64,000 nt of DNA. It comes from Microgenomates group bacterium Gr01-1014_7 (lineage in GTDB: Bacteria; Patescibacteriota; Microgenomatia; Daviesbacterales; UBA10151). This document shows positions 1 through 10,457 of the stretch, one piece after another; within the stretch, counting starts at the first letter, position 1; each line of letters opens with the position of its first letter. The notes below the pieces were generated by a model, which did no database searches, had not been told where the DNA came from, and was given only the letters and a program-made list of their open reading frames with translations. Position numbers and translations under genes: made by a program. The DNA lies in NCBI GenBank assembly GCA_007376405.1, contig VMGD01000005.1:2372-66371 (forward strand), given 5' to 3'.

Positions 1-490
1 AGGCTCTGGCATGACCCTCGGTTGTAGCCCCGGACATTAAGGCATCTTTTAGCGCATCCGGCAAGGTCAAAAGTCTAATGGTATTGGAAATATATGAAGG
101 ACTCTTCCCCACTCTGGTGGAAATTTCTGCATTAGTTAAACCAAACTCCTCCATTAATCTTTTATAAGCTTGAGCCCGCTCCAGAGGATTAAGATCAATT
201 CTCTGGACATTTTCCACAATGGCCATCTCCAGCATTCCTTGAGGAGAAGTTTCACGGATTATGACCGGGACTTTGGGCAAACCAACCACTTTAGAAGCTC
301 TCCAACGCCGCTCCCCGGCAATAATTTGATATCCGGCCGGAGTTTTGGCTACTACCAAGGGCTCCAATACTCCATGAGTTCTAATTGAATCCGCCAGTTC
401 GGCTAATGACTCAGGAGTGATCAATCCTCTGGGTTGAAGGGGATTCGGTTGCAAGAAATCTATTTCCAACTCGTAAATTTTCTCATCCAT
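1..490 (-). CDS. parB: ParB/RepB/Spo0J partition protein (runs off the window start)
   Basis: Manual translation from ATG at 490: MDEKIYELEIDFLQPNPLQPR...GVLEPLVV...YQIIAGERRWRAS (ParB box II GERRxRA); not in the ORF track because it is truncated by the window edge. Confidence 0.93.
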   Translation of the reverse strand, partial: MDEKIYELEIDFLQPNPLQPRGLITPESLAELADSIRTHGVLEPLVVAKTPAGYQIIAGERRWRASKVVGLPKVPVIIRETSPQGMLEMAIVENVQRIDLNPLERAQAYKRLMEEFGLTNAEISTRVGKSPSYISNTIRLLTLPDALKDALMSGATTEGHARA

Positions 491-493
491 AGG

Positions 494-739
494 CTAAATA
501 ATATTTATTAAAGTTTTACCTAATCTCTTTTGAGATTGAACTTTTCCGGATGTAATTGCAAAAATTGTATAATCATTTCCCTGCTTTACTCCCAAACCCG
601 GGTAAACTTTGTTTCCTCTTTGCCTAACTATGATATTTCCGGCTACCACTTTTTCTCCGCCATATTTTTTGACTCCCAGTCTCTTGGAAATAGAATCACG
701 ATTCTTTTTAACTGTACCGCCGCCTTTTTTATGAGCCAT
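494..739 (-). CDS. rpmA: 50S ribosomal protein L27
   Basis: [34 protein letters not shown] signature. Confidence 0.98.
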   Translation of the reverse strand: MAHKKGGGTVKKNRDSISKRLGVKKYGGEKVVAGNIIVRQRGNKVYPGLGVKQGNDYTIFAITSGKVQSQKRLGKTLINII

Positions 740-779
740 GAGTTGGAGTATATATTCTGTGAAAACCTAAGTCAAGAGT

Positions 780-1085
780 TTAATTTTTCACATCCGCAAT
801 AACTTTTGTTAACTTACGCCTAAATCCTATTGCTTTTCTGAAGTTTGCTTTGGCATGAAATTTTCTGACAGTTATCTTCGTACCCTTTTTATTCTCCAAG
901 CGTTTTAGGATTATTTTATCTTTAAGAAAAGATTTTCCGATTTGAACTTTTCCATCCTTGACCAAAAGCAGCACCGCAACCTCTATTTTATTATCTTCCT
1001 CACCCATACAATCAACTTCCATGGATTTTTCCGGTAAAACTTTATATTGCTTACCCGCAATTTCACAAATAGCATAATCAAACAT
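780..1085 (-). CDS. rplU: 50S ribosomal protein L21
   Basis: YAICEIAGKQYKV N-terminus; adjacent to rpmA. Confidence 0.95.
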   Translation of the reverse strand: MFDYAICEIAGKQYKVLPEKSMEVDCMGEEDNKIEVAVLLLVKDGKVQIGKSFLKDKIILKRLENKKGTKITVRKFHAKANFRKAIGFRRKLTKVIADVKN

Positions 1086-1094
1086 GCGGCTATT

Positions 1095-2141
1095 TTACAC
1101 TTTCTTTGTTACCGATGCAACAAACCCCAAGCAAATATAAGTAGAAACAAGTGAACTTCCCCCATAAGAAATAAGCGGTAAAGTAATACCGGTAATCGGC
1201 AAAATCCCAACATTCATACCTATATTAACAGTTATTTGAAAGGCAAGCTGTGAGAAAACTCCGATAACCACTAGAAAATTAAAACTTCCCCCTACTCTAT
1301 CCGCCACTCTTAAACAAAAGAAAAGCAAATAAAAATAAATTATAAGTATTAGTATTGACCCTAAAAATCCCATCTCCTCCGCAATCGAGGCAAAGATAAA
1401 ATCTGTTCTATACTCAGGTAAAAATTGCAGTCTTGATTGAGTTCCTCTACCCAAACCCCGCCCAAAAAGCTGTCCTGACCCAACAGCTATAGTTGATTGA
1501 ATCTGATTATAACCTCTCCCCAAAGGATCTACCTGAGGTGCAATAAAACCCATGAATCTTTGCCTTTGATAATCTTTCAAGAATAACCAGCCTGAGGGAA
1601 ATATTAAACAAGCCACAATTGTTAAAATAACTAATTTTTTGACAGACACTCTTGATGCAAAAAGCATACCAGTCCAAATGGCTATTAGAGTAAGTGTTGT
1701 GCCTAAATCGGGCTGTCTGAATACAAGTAGTAGAATCGGTAAACTAAACCCCAAACTTTTAAAAATATTTATCCATGAGGGAGGATTTTTCATCCAAAAT
1801 TGCGCCAGTATTAAAATTAAAACCGGTTTGGCAAATTCAGACGGCTGGATATTAAAAAAGCCCAGAGGTATCCACCTGATAGCACCTCTGGTTTCTACAC
1901 CCAAAATTGCTACAACTGCCAAAAGTAAAATTATCAGAAGATATAAAGGCTTAACAAATTTTGCCAAAGCGTGGATATCAAACTGTGATAACAATAAAAA
2001 AAATATAAATCCAACTCCCGTAAAAACGAGCTGTTGAAAGGCAAGCTCTTTTGAGGACGAATAGATAACCAGTGTCCCGATAGAGATTAAAGATAAACTC
2101 GAAAGAGTGATCGGCCAATTAAGAACCTTTAGAATCTTCAT
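1095..2141 (-). CDS. rodA: Rod shape-determining protein RodA (SEDS family)
   Basis: GAIRWI, IQPSEFAK, QPDLGT, GYNQIQSTIAVGSG, LPEYRTDFIF, LPLISYGGSS. Confidence 0.92.
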   Translation of the reverse strand: MKILKVLNWPITLSSLSLISIGTLVIYSSSKELAFQQLVFTGVGFIFFLLLSQFDIHALAKFVKPLYLLIILLLAVVAILGVETRGAIRWIPLGFFNIQPSEFAKPVLILILAQFWMKNPPSWINIFKSLGFSLPILLLVFRQPDLGTTLTLIAIWTGMLFASRVSVKKLVILTIVACLIFPSGWLFLKDYQRQRFMGFIAPQVDPLGRGYNQIQSTIAVGSGQLFGRGLGRGTQSRLQFLPEYRTDFIFASIAEEMGFLGSILILIIYFYLLFFCLRVADRVGGSFNFLVVIGVFSQLAFQITVNIGMNVGILPITGITLPLISYGGSSLVSTYICLGFVASVTKKV

Positions 2142-4956
2142 CTTCTTTTATAATTTGTAAAATTTCGCTTTGCGAAATAGAAACAGAAGCGGTATTTTTT
2201 AAAATTAATTCTTCAAAATCTTTTGGCCAAACTGGTGCCAGAATTTTTGTTTTATCTGCCAAAGTCAAACCTTTCTCTTTGCGCAACTGTTGTATCTGTC
2301 TTATCAAATCCCGTGCCTTCCCCTCTTCTGCAAGTTTGGGGGTAATTTTTGTATCCAATTCGATTGCAGGCTCAATATTAGAGGACTTTTGATACCCAAT
2401 TAGCTTAACGTTAACTTCATCCGCCAGAATTTTTTCCAACTCATCCGGCAATTTCTCTTTAATTTTATATTTTAGTAAGGGAAGTGGCTGTCTTAGCTTA
2501 ATACCGTCTTCTTTTCTTTTAGCATGAGCCTTTTCCGCTATTTCCCTGACTATCCCCATCTCTCCTATTAACTCTTCATCTAGCATATTTTTATTACCAG
2601 TTGGGTAATCTTGTAGATGTACCGATTCTCTATCGGTTAAACTGCGGTAAATTTCTTCAGCTAAAAATGGGGTGAAAGGGGCCAGAAGTTTGGATAAAGT
2701 CAGCAAAACCTCATACATTACCGATAAACAGGTATTTCTGTCTTCACTGTCTGCTTCCGGGCCAACCCGATCCCTTGATCTTCTTATATACCAGGTAGAA
2801 AAATCCGAAACTACAAAATCCTCAATCGCACGGGAAGAATTGTAAGCATCATATTTTTCTAAACCATCATTTACCTTTAATACAACTTCACTAAGTCTTG
2901 CCAAAATCCATTTATCTAAAATGCTTAAAGTCCGTTTTTCTTCATCTTTCCAATTTGAGATCATTGCATAGTCAACAAAAAATTTATAACAATTCCAAAA
3001 AATCAAGTTAAATCTTCTGTGTTTTTCTAAGAGATGTTCTTTTGAAAAAAGATAATTCCCCCCTGCCGGAGCTTGTGTATACATATACCATCTCATTGTA
3101 TCTGCTCCGCTGATTGAAAACATTTCCATCGGGTCCACAATGTTACCTTTTGATTTGCTCATTTTCTGTCCTTTATCATCCAAAATTAGCCCAGTGGAGA
3201 TAACATTTTTGAAAGGGGATGGGGGAGTATCACCCAAAAGCATAGCTTCTGCCATCAAGGTAAAAAACCAACCTCGAGTTTGGTCAATACCCTCAACTAT
3301 ATAATCTGCAGGATACCACTGCTTGTAAATATCCTCATTCTCAAAAGGGAAGTGCCATTGGGCAAATGGCATGGCCCCGGAATCCATCCAAACGTCAGCA
3401 ACATCCTCAATTCTTTTCATTTCTTCTTCACAATCCGGGCATTTAAAAATAACCTGATCTATAAACGGCCTATGTAAATCTTCAAGTACCTCTCCCCCAA
3501 ATTCCCTAATTTCCCCAACCCCCCCTATTACCCTAATATGCCCTTTTGAGCATTGCCAAATAGGAAGCGGTGTCCCCCAAAACCTATTTCTTGAAATATT
3601 CCAATCAATTAAAGTTTCCAGCCAATTTTTCATTCTTCCGTTTTTGACTACTTTAGGAACCCAGTTAATTTTTTGGTTATCTTCCAAAAGTTTCTCTTTA
3701 ACAGCAGTAGTTTTTATAAACCAGGAATCAAGAGCATAGTAAAGAATCGGTGTGTCACATCTCCAACAAAAAGGGTAAGTATGTTTTATTGTTTCTGCAT
3801 TATTATAGAGTAATTTTCTTTTTCTTAGATTATCTATTATTTTGGGATCTGCTTCTTTCACGAACAAACCAGCAAAATCAGTTACTTCCTCAACAAACTC
3901 GCCTTTTGTATTTACTAAATGTTTCATTGGAAGGTCTAGTGTCTTGCCCAGCTTAAAGTCATCTTCTCCATACATAACAGCCGTATGGACAATACCGGTT
4001 CCTTCTTCCAGTGACACAAAGTCAGCAGGATAAACTTGATAAGCTCTTTCATTATCTGAAAAGAAATCGAATAGAGGTTTATATTTTTTCCCAATAAGAT
4101 CACTACCTTTAAATTCAACATTATCTTTTGTACTTTCAGGTACACCCAAAGTGTGACCCTTGGAATAAATTAATGTTTCACCTTTCACATGTCCTTTAAC
4201 ATAGTAAGCGTCCGGGTTTACCACTAATGCTACGTTACCTGGTAGTGTCCATGGAGTTGTTGTCCAAGCTAAAAGGTAGGTACCTGGCTCATCTTCCAAT
4301 TCAAACTTTACATAAACAGAAGGGTCTTCAACATCATCCTTGTAACCTAGCGCCAGTTCATGTGAGGATAAAGAAGTGCCGCAACGAGGACAATATGGCA
4401 CAACTTTATAATCTTTATAAAGCAATCCCTTTTTGTAAACCTCGCTTAAAAACCACCAGACGCTTTCAATATAATTATTGTCATAAGTAACATAAGCGCT
4501 GTCAAAATCTATCCAGAAACCAATCCTTTTTGTTAAATTAATCCAATCATCAACATATTTGAAAACAGATTCCTTACATTTCTGGTTAAAAAATTTTATA
4601 GACTCAAACTCCGTATCTTTCAAAACCAGAATGTCTTGTTTTCCTTTTAACCCCAACTCTTTTTCAACTTCTATCTCTACAGGTAAGCCATGTGTATCCC
4701 AGCCAGCCCGGCGCTCTACCAAAAAACCTTTCATTGATCTAAATCGCAAAATTAAATCTTTAAGGGAACGTTGCAAAACATGACCCATGTGGGGTTTACC
4801 ATTTGCAGTAGGTGGTCCTTCATACCAGACAAATCTAACTTTACCCTTGCGGTTTTCTATAGATTTTTCAAAAATTTTATTTTCTTCCCAAAACTTTAAT
4901 ATTTCCTCCTCTAAAGAGGGAAGATTAACTTGTGCCGAGACCGGTTTGAAACTCAT
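2119..4956 (-). CDS. ileS: Isoleucine--tRNA ligase (type 2, eukaryote-like)
   Basis: EGPPTANGKPHMGH (HIGH), GWDTHGLPVE, WTTTPWTLP, KMSKS. Confidence 0.96.
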   Translation of the reverse strand: MSFKPVSAQVNLPSLEEEILKFWEENKIFEKSIENRKGKVRFVWYEGPPTANGKPHMGHVLQRSLKDLILRFRSMKGFLVERRAGWDTHGLPVEIEVEKELGLKGKQDILVLKDTEFESIKFFNQKCKESVFKYVDDWINLTKRIGFWIDFDSAYVTYDNNYIESVWWFLSEVYKKGLLYKDYKVVPYCPRCGTSLSSHELALGYKDDVEDPSVYVKFELEDEPGTYLLAWTTTPWTLPGNVALVVNPDAYYVKGHVKGETLIYSKGHTLGVPESTKDNVEFKGSDLIGKKYKPLFDFFSDNERAYQVYPADFVSLEEGTGIVHTAVMYGEDDFKLGKTLDLPMKHLVNTKGEFVEEVTDFAGLFVKEADPKIIDNLRKRKLLYNNAETIKHTYPFCWRCDTPILYYALDSWFIKTTAVKEKLLEDNQKINWVPKVVKNGRMKNWLETLIDWNISRNRFWGTPLPIWQCSKGHIRVIGGVGEIREFGGEVLEDLHRPFIDQVIFKCPDCEEEMKRIEDVADVWMDSGAMPFAQWHFPFENEDIYKQWYPADYIVEGIDQTRGWFFTLMAEAMLLGDTPPSPFKNVISTGLILDDKGQKMSKSKGNIVDPMEMFSISGADTMRWYMYTQAPAGGNYLFSKEHLLEKHRRFNLIFWNCYKFFVDYAMISNWKDEEKRTLSILDKWILARLSEVVLKVNDGLEKYDAYNSSRAIEDFVVSDFSTWYIRRSRDRVGPEADSEDRNTCLSVMYEVLLTLSKLLAPFTPFLAEEIYRSLTDRESVHLQDYPTGNKNMLDEELIGEMGIVREIAEKAHAKRKEDGIKLRQPLPLLKYKIKEKLPDELEKILADEVNVKLIGYQKSSNIEPAIELDTKITPKLAEEGKARDLIRQIQQLRKEKGLTLADKTKILAPVWPKDFEELILKNTASVSISQSEILQIIKEDEDSKGS

Positions 4957-4988
4957 GGAATTATTCTATCAGAATATATAGTTTGTAG

Positions 4989-6140
4989 CTAGCGGTTGGA
5001 ACGTAAAAATGCCGGGATTTCCAGATCATCTTCTTCCTCTTCAATTTTCTCTTGCGGTTGTTCTTCCGGAGTTTCCTCGGAAGATTCTGTGGTTTGGGTT
5101 ATTTCATCAGTCGGAGTTGCGCTCCATCCGGGTTGCAAAGAAGCAGAGCCTATTCCAGCCCCTACAAATTCTCGGAGTCTTCTGCGAGTCTCATCAAACC
5201 CGGTAGCAATAACCGAAATTTTAACCTGATCCAATTGGTCTTCTTTAATTGTTGCTCCAAAAATAATATTGGCATCAGGATCGGCAGCCTGGGCAATAAT
5301 TTGAGCTGCCTCATTAACCTCGGTCATTGATAGATCTGATCCGCCTACAATATTAAATAACACTCCTTTAGCTCCCTCAATTGAAACTTCAAGTAGAGGA
5401 GAGGCAATTGCCATTCTGGCGGCGGCGGCGGCTCTGTTTTCCCCACCTGCCACTCCAATTCCCATCAAAGCCGATCCGGCATTGCTCATGATGGTTTTAA
5501 CATCGGCAAAATCAACATTAATCAGTCCTGGCATGGTGATTAAATCGGAAATTCCCTGAACCCCCTGGCCCAAAACCGAATCTGCCAGCTTAAATGCTTC
5601 CTGCAAAGTCATATTTTTCTCAACAGTTTCCAAAAGCCTCTGATTGGGGATAATAATTAAAGCATCAACTTTATCCTTTAGTTTCTCCATACCCTCTTCT
5701 GCCACTACCATTCTCCTTGTTCCTTCAAAGCTGAAGGGTTTGGTCACAACCGCCACAGTCAGCGCCCCGATATTCTTGGCAATTTGAGCAACAATTGGGA
5801 TACCTCCTGTTCCTGTACCTCCACCCATTCCTGCTGTCAAAAAAACCATATCCGCATCCTGCAAGACATCTTCCAGTTTTTGGGTTGATTCCTCTGATGC
5901 TTGTCTTCCAACCTCCGGATCCCCTCCTGATCCCAAACCCCGGGTTAAGCTTTCTCCAATTTGAACCTTGGTGGGGGATTGATTGTTCATCAAAGCTTGA
6001 GCATCGGTATTAACAGCCACAAACTCTACCCCTTGAATTTGTTGCAGGGAAATCATGGAGTTTAAGGAGTTTGAACCGCCACCACCCAGTCCCATGACCT
6101 TAATCTTAGCAAATCTTTGTACATCAGGTTTGATTAACAT
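4989..6140 (-). CDS. ftsZ: Cell division protein FtsZ
   Basis: GMGGGTGTG tubulin signature, NVDFADV, C-terminal LEIPAFLR. Confidence 0.99.
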   Translation of the reverse strand: MLIKPDVQRFAKIKVMGLGGGGSNSLNSMISLQQIQGVEFVAVNTDAQALMNNQSPTKVQIGESLTRGLGSGGDPEVGRQASEESTQKLEDVLQDADMVFLTAGMGGGTGTGGIPIVAQIAKNIGALTVAVVTKPFSFEGTRRMVVAEEGMEKLKDKVDALIIIPNQRLLETVEKNMTLQEAFKLADSVLGQGVQGISDLITMPGLINVDFADVKTIMSNAGSALMGIGVAGGENRAAAAARMAIASPLLEVSIEGAKGVLFNIVGGSDLSMTEVNEAAQIIAQAADPDANIIFGATIKEDQLDQVKISVIATGFDETRRRLREFVGAGIGSASLQPGWSATPTDEITQTTESSEETPEEQPQEKIEEEEDDLEIPAFLRSNR

Positions 6141-6206
6141 AAAAATTATCCTGGCAGCATATTAACAAAAAAAACTCAAAAATAGCAAGACCTTAATTTA
6201 AGTCTG

Positions 6207-7496
6207 CTATGGCAGAAGTGACTTAACTAAAGAAATTCCTTTTTGTATCATTCCCTTAATTGGAAGGTTACCGGACAAAACAGGGATATGCAGCTGACCG
6301 CCGGTCCTTTGTGTTGCTCCGTACATAATTAAACCTGCTCCACTGGCAAATGAGGGAGAATCAATTTCATCCACCATTCCGGAAAAACCTTCAATTTGTC
6401 CGATTCTTGCGGGAAACCCTAAAACGTATTTTGCCTGCTCCGGTACCCCCACAGTTTGTGCCCCACCTCCGCAAATTACCAGTCCTGATGGAATTTGTGC
6501 CCCAAAGCCACTCTTTTTAATCTCTCTTCCAACATACTTAAATATCTCTTGAAGCCTTGGCCGAATAATCCCGTCCACCACAGATTTGGTGGAAATCTTT
6601 TGAATATCCTCCTCAAGCCCCAAACTCTTAATATCCAAAAACCCTTCTTCTTTTTTCTTAATTTCCACCACCTCTGCCAAAGCTGGAGTTTTCTCTTTCT
6701 TACCCAAAGATAATTTGATCTTTTCTGCAGATTCTAAAGATACACGGAGTCCAACTGCCATATCAGAGGTGATATGGCGCGCGCCAATCGGTACAACCGA
6801 GGAGAAAGCAACGGAACCATCAATAAAGATCACCACATCTGTTGTTTCCCCACCAATATCAACCAAAACCACGCCCAGTTCTTTTTCCGTATCGGAAAGC
6901 GTAGCAACAGATGAAGCAATTCCGGAAAAAACCAATTCCAATACATCAATTCCCACCTCGGAAACACATTTGACCAGATTTTTCATTGACGTTGTAGAAC
7001 CGGTAATAATATGAGTCTCCGTTTCCAGCCTGACACCTGTCATGCCGATCGGGTCTTTAATCCCCTCTTGGCCGTCAACAGTAAAAGTGCGCGGAATAAC
7101 ATGAAGAATCTCCCGGGAAGTTGATAAGGGTAGGGCTCTTGCCGCATCATTAACCCTTTGAATGTCACTTTCTTTAATTTCTCCTTCCGGCTCGGAAACA
7201 GCCACCACCGCATGTTGATTAACACTTTCAATTTGCGGCCCGCCCAAAGAAACAAAGGCAGAGGAAATGGAATAACCGGCCATCCTTTCTGAGGCTTCAA
7301 CCGACTCGGTTATCGCTTTGACTGCTTCTTCAATATCAACCACCTGATTTTTTCTCACTCCACGAGAGGGAGTACTGGAAACTCCAATAAGATTTATTTT
7401 TGTTCCGGCAGAACCAGATTCATCAATAGATGCAATCAGGGTGGCGATTTTTGATGAACCAACATCTATTCCGCAAATAACTCGATCTTTAGCCAT
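6207..7496 (-). CDS. ftsA: Cell division protein FtsA
   Basis: GIDVGSSKI, VDIGGETTD, GGGA actin-like motifs; start moved to ATG 7496 (MAKDRV). Confidence 0.96.
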   Translation of the reverse strand: MAKDRVICGIDVGSSKIATLIASIDESGSAGTKINLIGVSSTPSRGVRKNQVVDIEEAVKAITESVEASERMAGYSISSAFVSLGGPQIESVNQHAVVAVSEPEGEIKESDIQRVNDAARALPLSTSREILHVIPRTFTVDGQEGIKDPIGMTGVRLETETHIITGSTTSMKNLVKCVSEVGIDVLELVFSGIASSVATLSDTEKELGVVLVDIGGETTDVVIFIDGSVAFSSVVPIGARHITSDMAVGLRVSLESAEKIKLSLGKKEKTPALAEVVEIKKKEEGFLDIKSLGLEEDIQKISTKSVVDGIIRPRLQEIFKYVGREIKKSGFGAQIPSGLVICGGGAQTVGVPEQAKYVLGFPARIGQIEGFSGMVDEIDSPSFASGAGLIMYGATQRTGGQLHIPVLSGNLPIKGMIQKGISLVKSLLP

Positions 7497-8256
7497 GTTT
7501 TTTGGGGGCAAATTTAACCACGGGTTTATCAAATCGTAAATCGATAAACTCCAATATCTCTCCGTCTATTTTAGCTTTATTCAGAATGAGTTGTAAAGAT
7601 GCAATTTGAGTATCAATATTATCTGACAATTTAAAAATTATTCGGGGCATGGCACCAGTTAAAAGTAAGCTATTCGAGTATATTTTTGTTTCTTTAACAT
7701 CCACTCCAAAACTCTTAAGTTTCTCCAGTATCTTTAGAATCTTGCCAATGAAATCGTCTTTTATTTTTTGACCCACCGTTAAATTTAGTCCACCGGCATA
7801 AATATACGGGGCATTAATTTGTTCAATACTATTGGAATATACTACTCCCTCATTATCAACTACAAAACCTTCTGCAGAGGATGAGGCTTCGGCGCTTGGA
7901 GTAGCTTCAGCAGATTCCGTAGCTTCCCCGTCTTTTAACACTATCAGAATAGCAGCCGGTTCTCTGCCAAAAATAAAAAGCTTAACTTTGTTTGGAAAAT
8001 ATCTCGATAGATTCACTTTGTGAATACAAACATACTTATTTTTTAAATCATTTTCCAGCTTAGAAGAATTTAAAAGGAAAAAATTTTGTCCCAAAAGATT
8101 GGATGCATCCCTGATTTTATCTGATTCTACACAGCCAACTTTTTCAATTTCCACTTCAATCGAGGTTATAGTAAATATATTAGAGCGAAAAAGAAATACT
8201 CCCATTGAAATAATTAGCAAAATGGAAAGAAACAAAATTAATTTGAATGGATTCAT
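7489..8256 (-). CDS. ftsQ: FtsQ/DivIB-like protein (TM + POTRA)
   Basis: N-terminal TM, SRYFPNKV, C-terminal FIDLRFDKPV; located between murG and ftsA. Confidence 0.82.
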   Translation of the reverse strand: MNPFKLILFLSILLIISMGVFLFRSNIFTITSIEVEIEKVGCVESDKIRDASNLLGQNFFLLNSSKLENDLKNKYVCIHKVNLSRYFPNKVKLFIFGREPAAILIVLKDGEATESAEATPSAEASSSAEGFVVDNEGVVYSNSIEQINAPYIYAGGLNLTVGQKIKDDFIGKILKILEKLKSFGVDVKETKIYSNSLLLTGAMPRIIFKLSDNIDTQIASLQLILNKAKIDGEILEFIDLRFDKPVVKFAPKKHG

Positions 8257-9341
8257 ACCATAAGTATAGTTTCCAAGGCCAATCTTTTGGCAGCATCAGG
8301 GATGACAATTTTTTTAGCATTCTCTGCCTTCTTTTTTAACATATCCAAATTATCAACCATTAGTCTAATATTTTCCAACAGACTTTTTCCGGATAATTTT
8401 GATTGGGGTAAAATTTTAGCTAGTCCCAAACCTTCAAAATATTTGGCATTTTTATTTTGCTCGTTTTCAAAAAGATAAGGGATAGGAATAACTAAAGCAG
8501 GTATTCCCAAATAAGCAAGTTCATTTAAAGTGTTTATTCCTGCTCTTGAAACAACCAAATCTACTTTTTTAAGTATTTGTCCCCACTCTTCTCCGATCCA
8601 TTTTTTGACTATATATTTTTCGCTCCGGCGCTTCTCTAACCTTTCAAAATCACCAAATTTATTGTCTCCAGTTACATGAATAATAGATGCTATTTTAATT
8701 AATTTATCTAAGGACTCCTCAACTGCTAGATTAATAACATGCGATCCCTGATTCCCGCCTGTAACTAAAATATTCACACCCCGCTCCGCCGGCATAGCCT
8801 CTGGCGACGCATGGCTGGGGTGGGGTAGCTTCACACCGTCTAGCATTTTCCTCCTGAGAGGGTTCCCAGTCAAAATAGCTTTTGGGTTTTGAGTTGGAAA
8901 GGATACTGCAATTTTATCTGCAAATACAGAACTAATTCTGTTGGCCAAACCGGAAACTATACCTTGCTCATGAATTATTATAGGAATTGAAAAAAGCCAG
9001 CCTGCCAATAATGTCGGCACTGCCACATATCCTCCGAAAGATAAAATCACGTCAGGTTTTTCAGAGAGGATTATATATAAAGCCTGCAGTAATCCAATAG
9101 GAATTTTTAAAAGTGAAGGGATAGTATAGATTGTAAAAGATCTCTGCAGTCTCCCGGTAATTATTGGAATAAATTTTACTCCCAGACCGGGCAAGATTTG
9201 CGACTCCGCAGATTGCGCCTTATCCCCTTCCAAAGTAGTTTTTCTTCCAACGTACACAACTTCCGTATCTTTATATTTTTTTAGCTCATTTATAACAGCC
9301 ACAGCCGGCGTAAAATGCGCCCCAGTAATGAGAACCTTCAT
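8253..9341 (-). CDS. murG: MurG GlcNAc transferase (GT28)
   Basis: GAHFTPA, FGGYVAVP, HEQ, TGNPLR, GGNQGS, SRAG, EQNKNA. Confidence 0.95.
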   Translation of the reverse strand: MKVLITGAHFTPAVAVINELKKYKDTEVVYVGRKTTLEGDKAQSAESQILPGLGVKFIPIITGRLQRSFTIYTIPSLLKIPIGLLQALYIILSEKPDVILSFGGYVAVPTLLAGWLFSIPIIIHEQGIVSGLANRISSVFADKIAVSFPTQNPKAILTGNPLRRKMLDGVKLPHPSHASPEAMPAERGVNILVTGGNQGSHVINLAVEESLDKLIKIASIIHVTGDNKFGDFERLEKRRSEKYIVKKWIGEEWGQILKKVDLVVSRAGINTLNELAYLGIPALVIPIPYLFENEQNKNAKYFEGLGLAKILPQSKLSGKSLLENIRLMVDNLDMLKKKAENAKKIVIPDAAKRLALETILMV

Positions 9342-9362
9342 GTTTTTAATTATATATCAGGG

Positions 9363-10457
9363 CTATGTAGTTTGCTTGGAAATGTTAAGAAGTATACCCA
9401 CTGCAGTTAAGTTGGCAACCAGAGCTGAGCCGCCGTAAGAAATAAATGGCAAGGGGACACCGGTTAAGGGCAAAAGTGCTGTCATGGAAGATAAATTAAT
9501 AATAACTTGTATCCCCAACCAACAGGTTAATCCCAGAGCTAAAATCTTACCAAAAGGATCAGTGCAATTTTGGGCAATTTTGAAACCTCTTATGATAAGA
9601 ATTACAAATAAACTTATTAAAAATGTGGATCCCACAAATCCCAGTTCCTCCCCCACAATGCCAAAAATAGAATCTGTTGTAACCTCCGGTATGTATTCAA
9701 ATTTTTGTCTTGAATGACCCAGTCCTAAGCCAAACAGTCCTCCCGACCCCAAGGCTATTAAAACTTGCGAAATATGATAAGTAAATCCCTGCGTGTCGGA
9801 AAAGGGGTCTAAAAAAGCCAAAATTCTTTTGCTTCTGTAATCAGATGTGAAAATTAACAGGGCCAGTGAAGCTGCTGCAAAAGGGATACTAACAAGGATC
9901 TGCCAAATCGGCCCCCCGCTCGCAAAATAAATAAGCGCTGATGTAGCCACAAATACAATTGTTGATCCCAAATCTTTTTGCAAAACCGCTGTCACTACTG
10001 TTACTACCCCAACAAGGATCAAAAACGGGATTAGCCTGACACCTTTTTCAAAAATAGCAGCCAAAAATATTACTCCTGTTAGTTTGATAATTTCTGCAGG
10101 CTGAATAGTGACAGGTCCAAACTTTAACCATCTATGAGCTCCTCCTCCCGATACTCCTAAACCCGGAATAAAAACAGCCAGAAGAATAATAAATGACATT
10201 AAAATAAGCGGCAAAGCCAGAAGTTTAAATCTCCTGTAATCAAATCTGTTAAAAAAAACCAAAGATAGTAACCCCACTCCTACCCAGATCCCCTGCTGCC
10301 TGATGTAATAATAGCTATCCTTAAAATCCTTTAACCCTTGAACAACCGATGCATCATAAACCATGATCAAACCAAAAATCACCAAGCCCAAAACCGTCAG
10401 CAGTAGGCCTAAATCTAACCCGCTTTTTTGTGACTGAAGGCGAGCTTTTTTAATCAT
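9363..10457 (-). CDS. ftsW: FtsW peptidoglycan polymerase (SEDS)
   Basis: GLIMVYDAS, GAHRW, IQPAE, GLGLGHSRQK, LPFISYGGS; start at ATG 10457 gives an ATGA overlap with the mraY stop. Confidence 0.93.
   Translation of the reverse strand: MIKKARLQSQKSGLDLGLLLTVLGLVIFGLIMVYDASVVQGLKDFKDSYYYIRQQGIWVGVGLLSLVFFNRFDYRRFKLLALPLILMSFIILLAVFIPGLGVSGGGAHRWLKFGPVTIQPAEIIKLTGVIFLAAIFEKGVRLIPFLILVGVVTVVTAVLQKDLGSTIVFVATSALIYFASGGPIWQILVSIPFAAASLALLIFTSDYRSKRILAFLDPFSDTQGFTYHISQVLIALGSGGLFGLGLGHSRQKFEYIPEVTTDSIFGIVGEELGFVGSTFLISLFVILIIRGFKIAQNCTDPFGKILALGLTCWLGIQVIINLSSMTALLPLTGVPLPFISYGGSALVANLTAVGILLNISKQTT

Noticed and set aside
4957-4988. T-box or other leader upstream of ileS
   Set aside because: Only 32 bp separate ftsZ and ileS; it contains an extended -10 but no T-box motif
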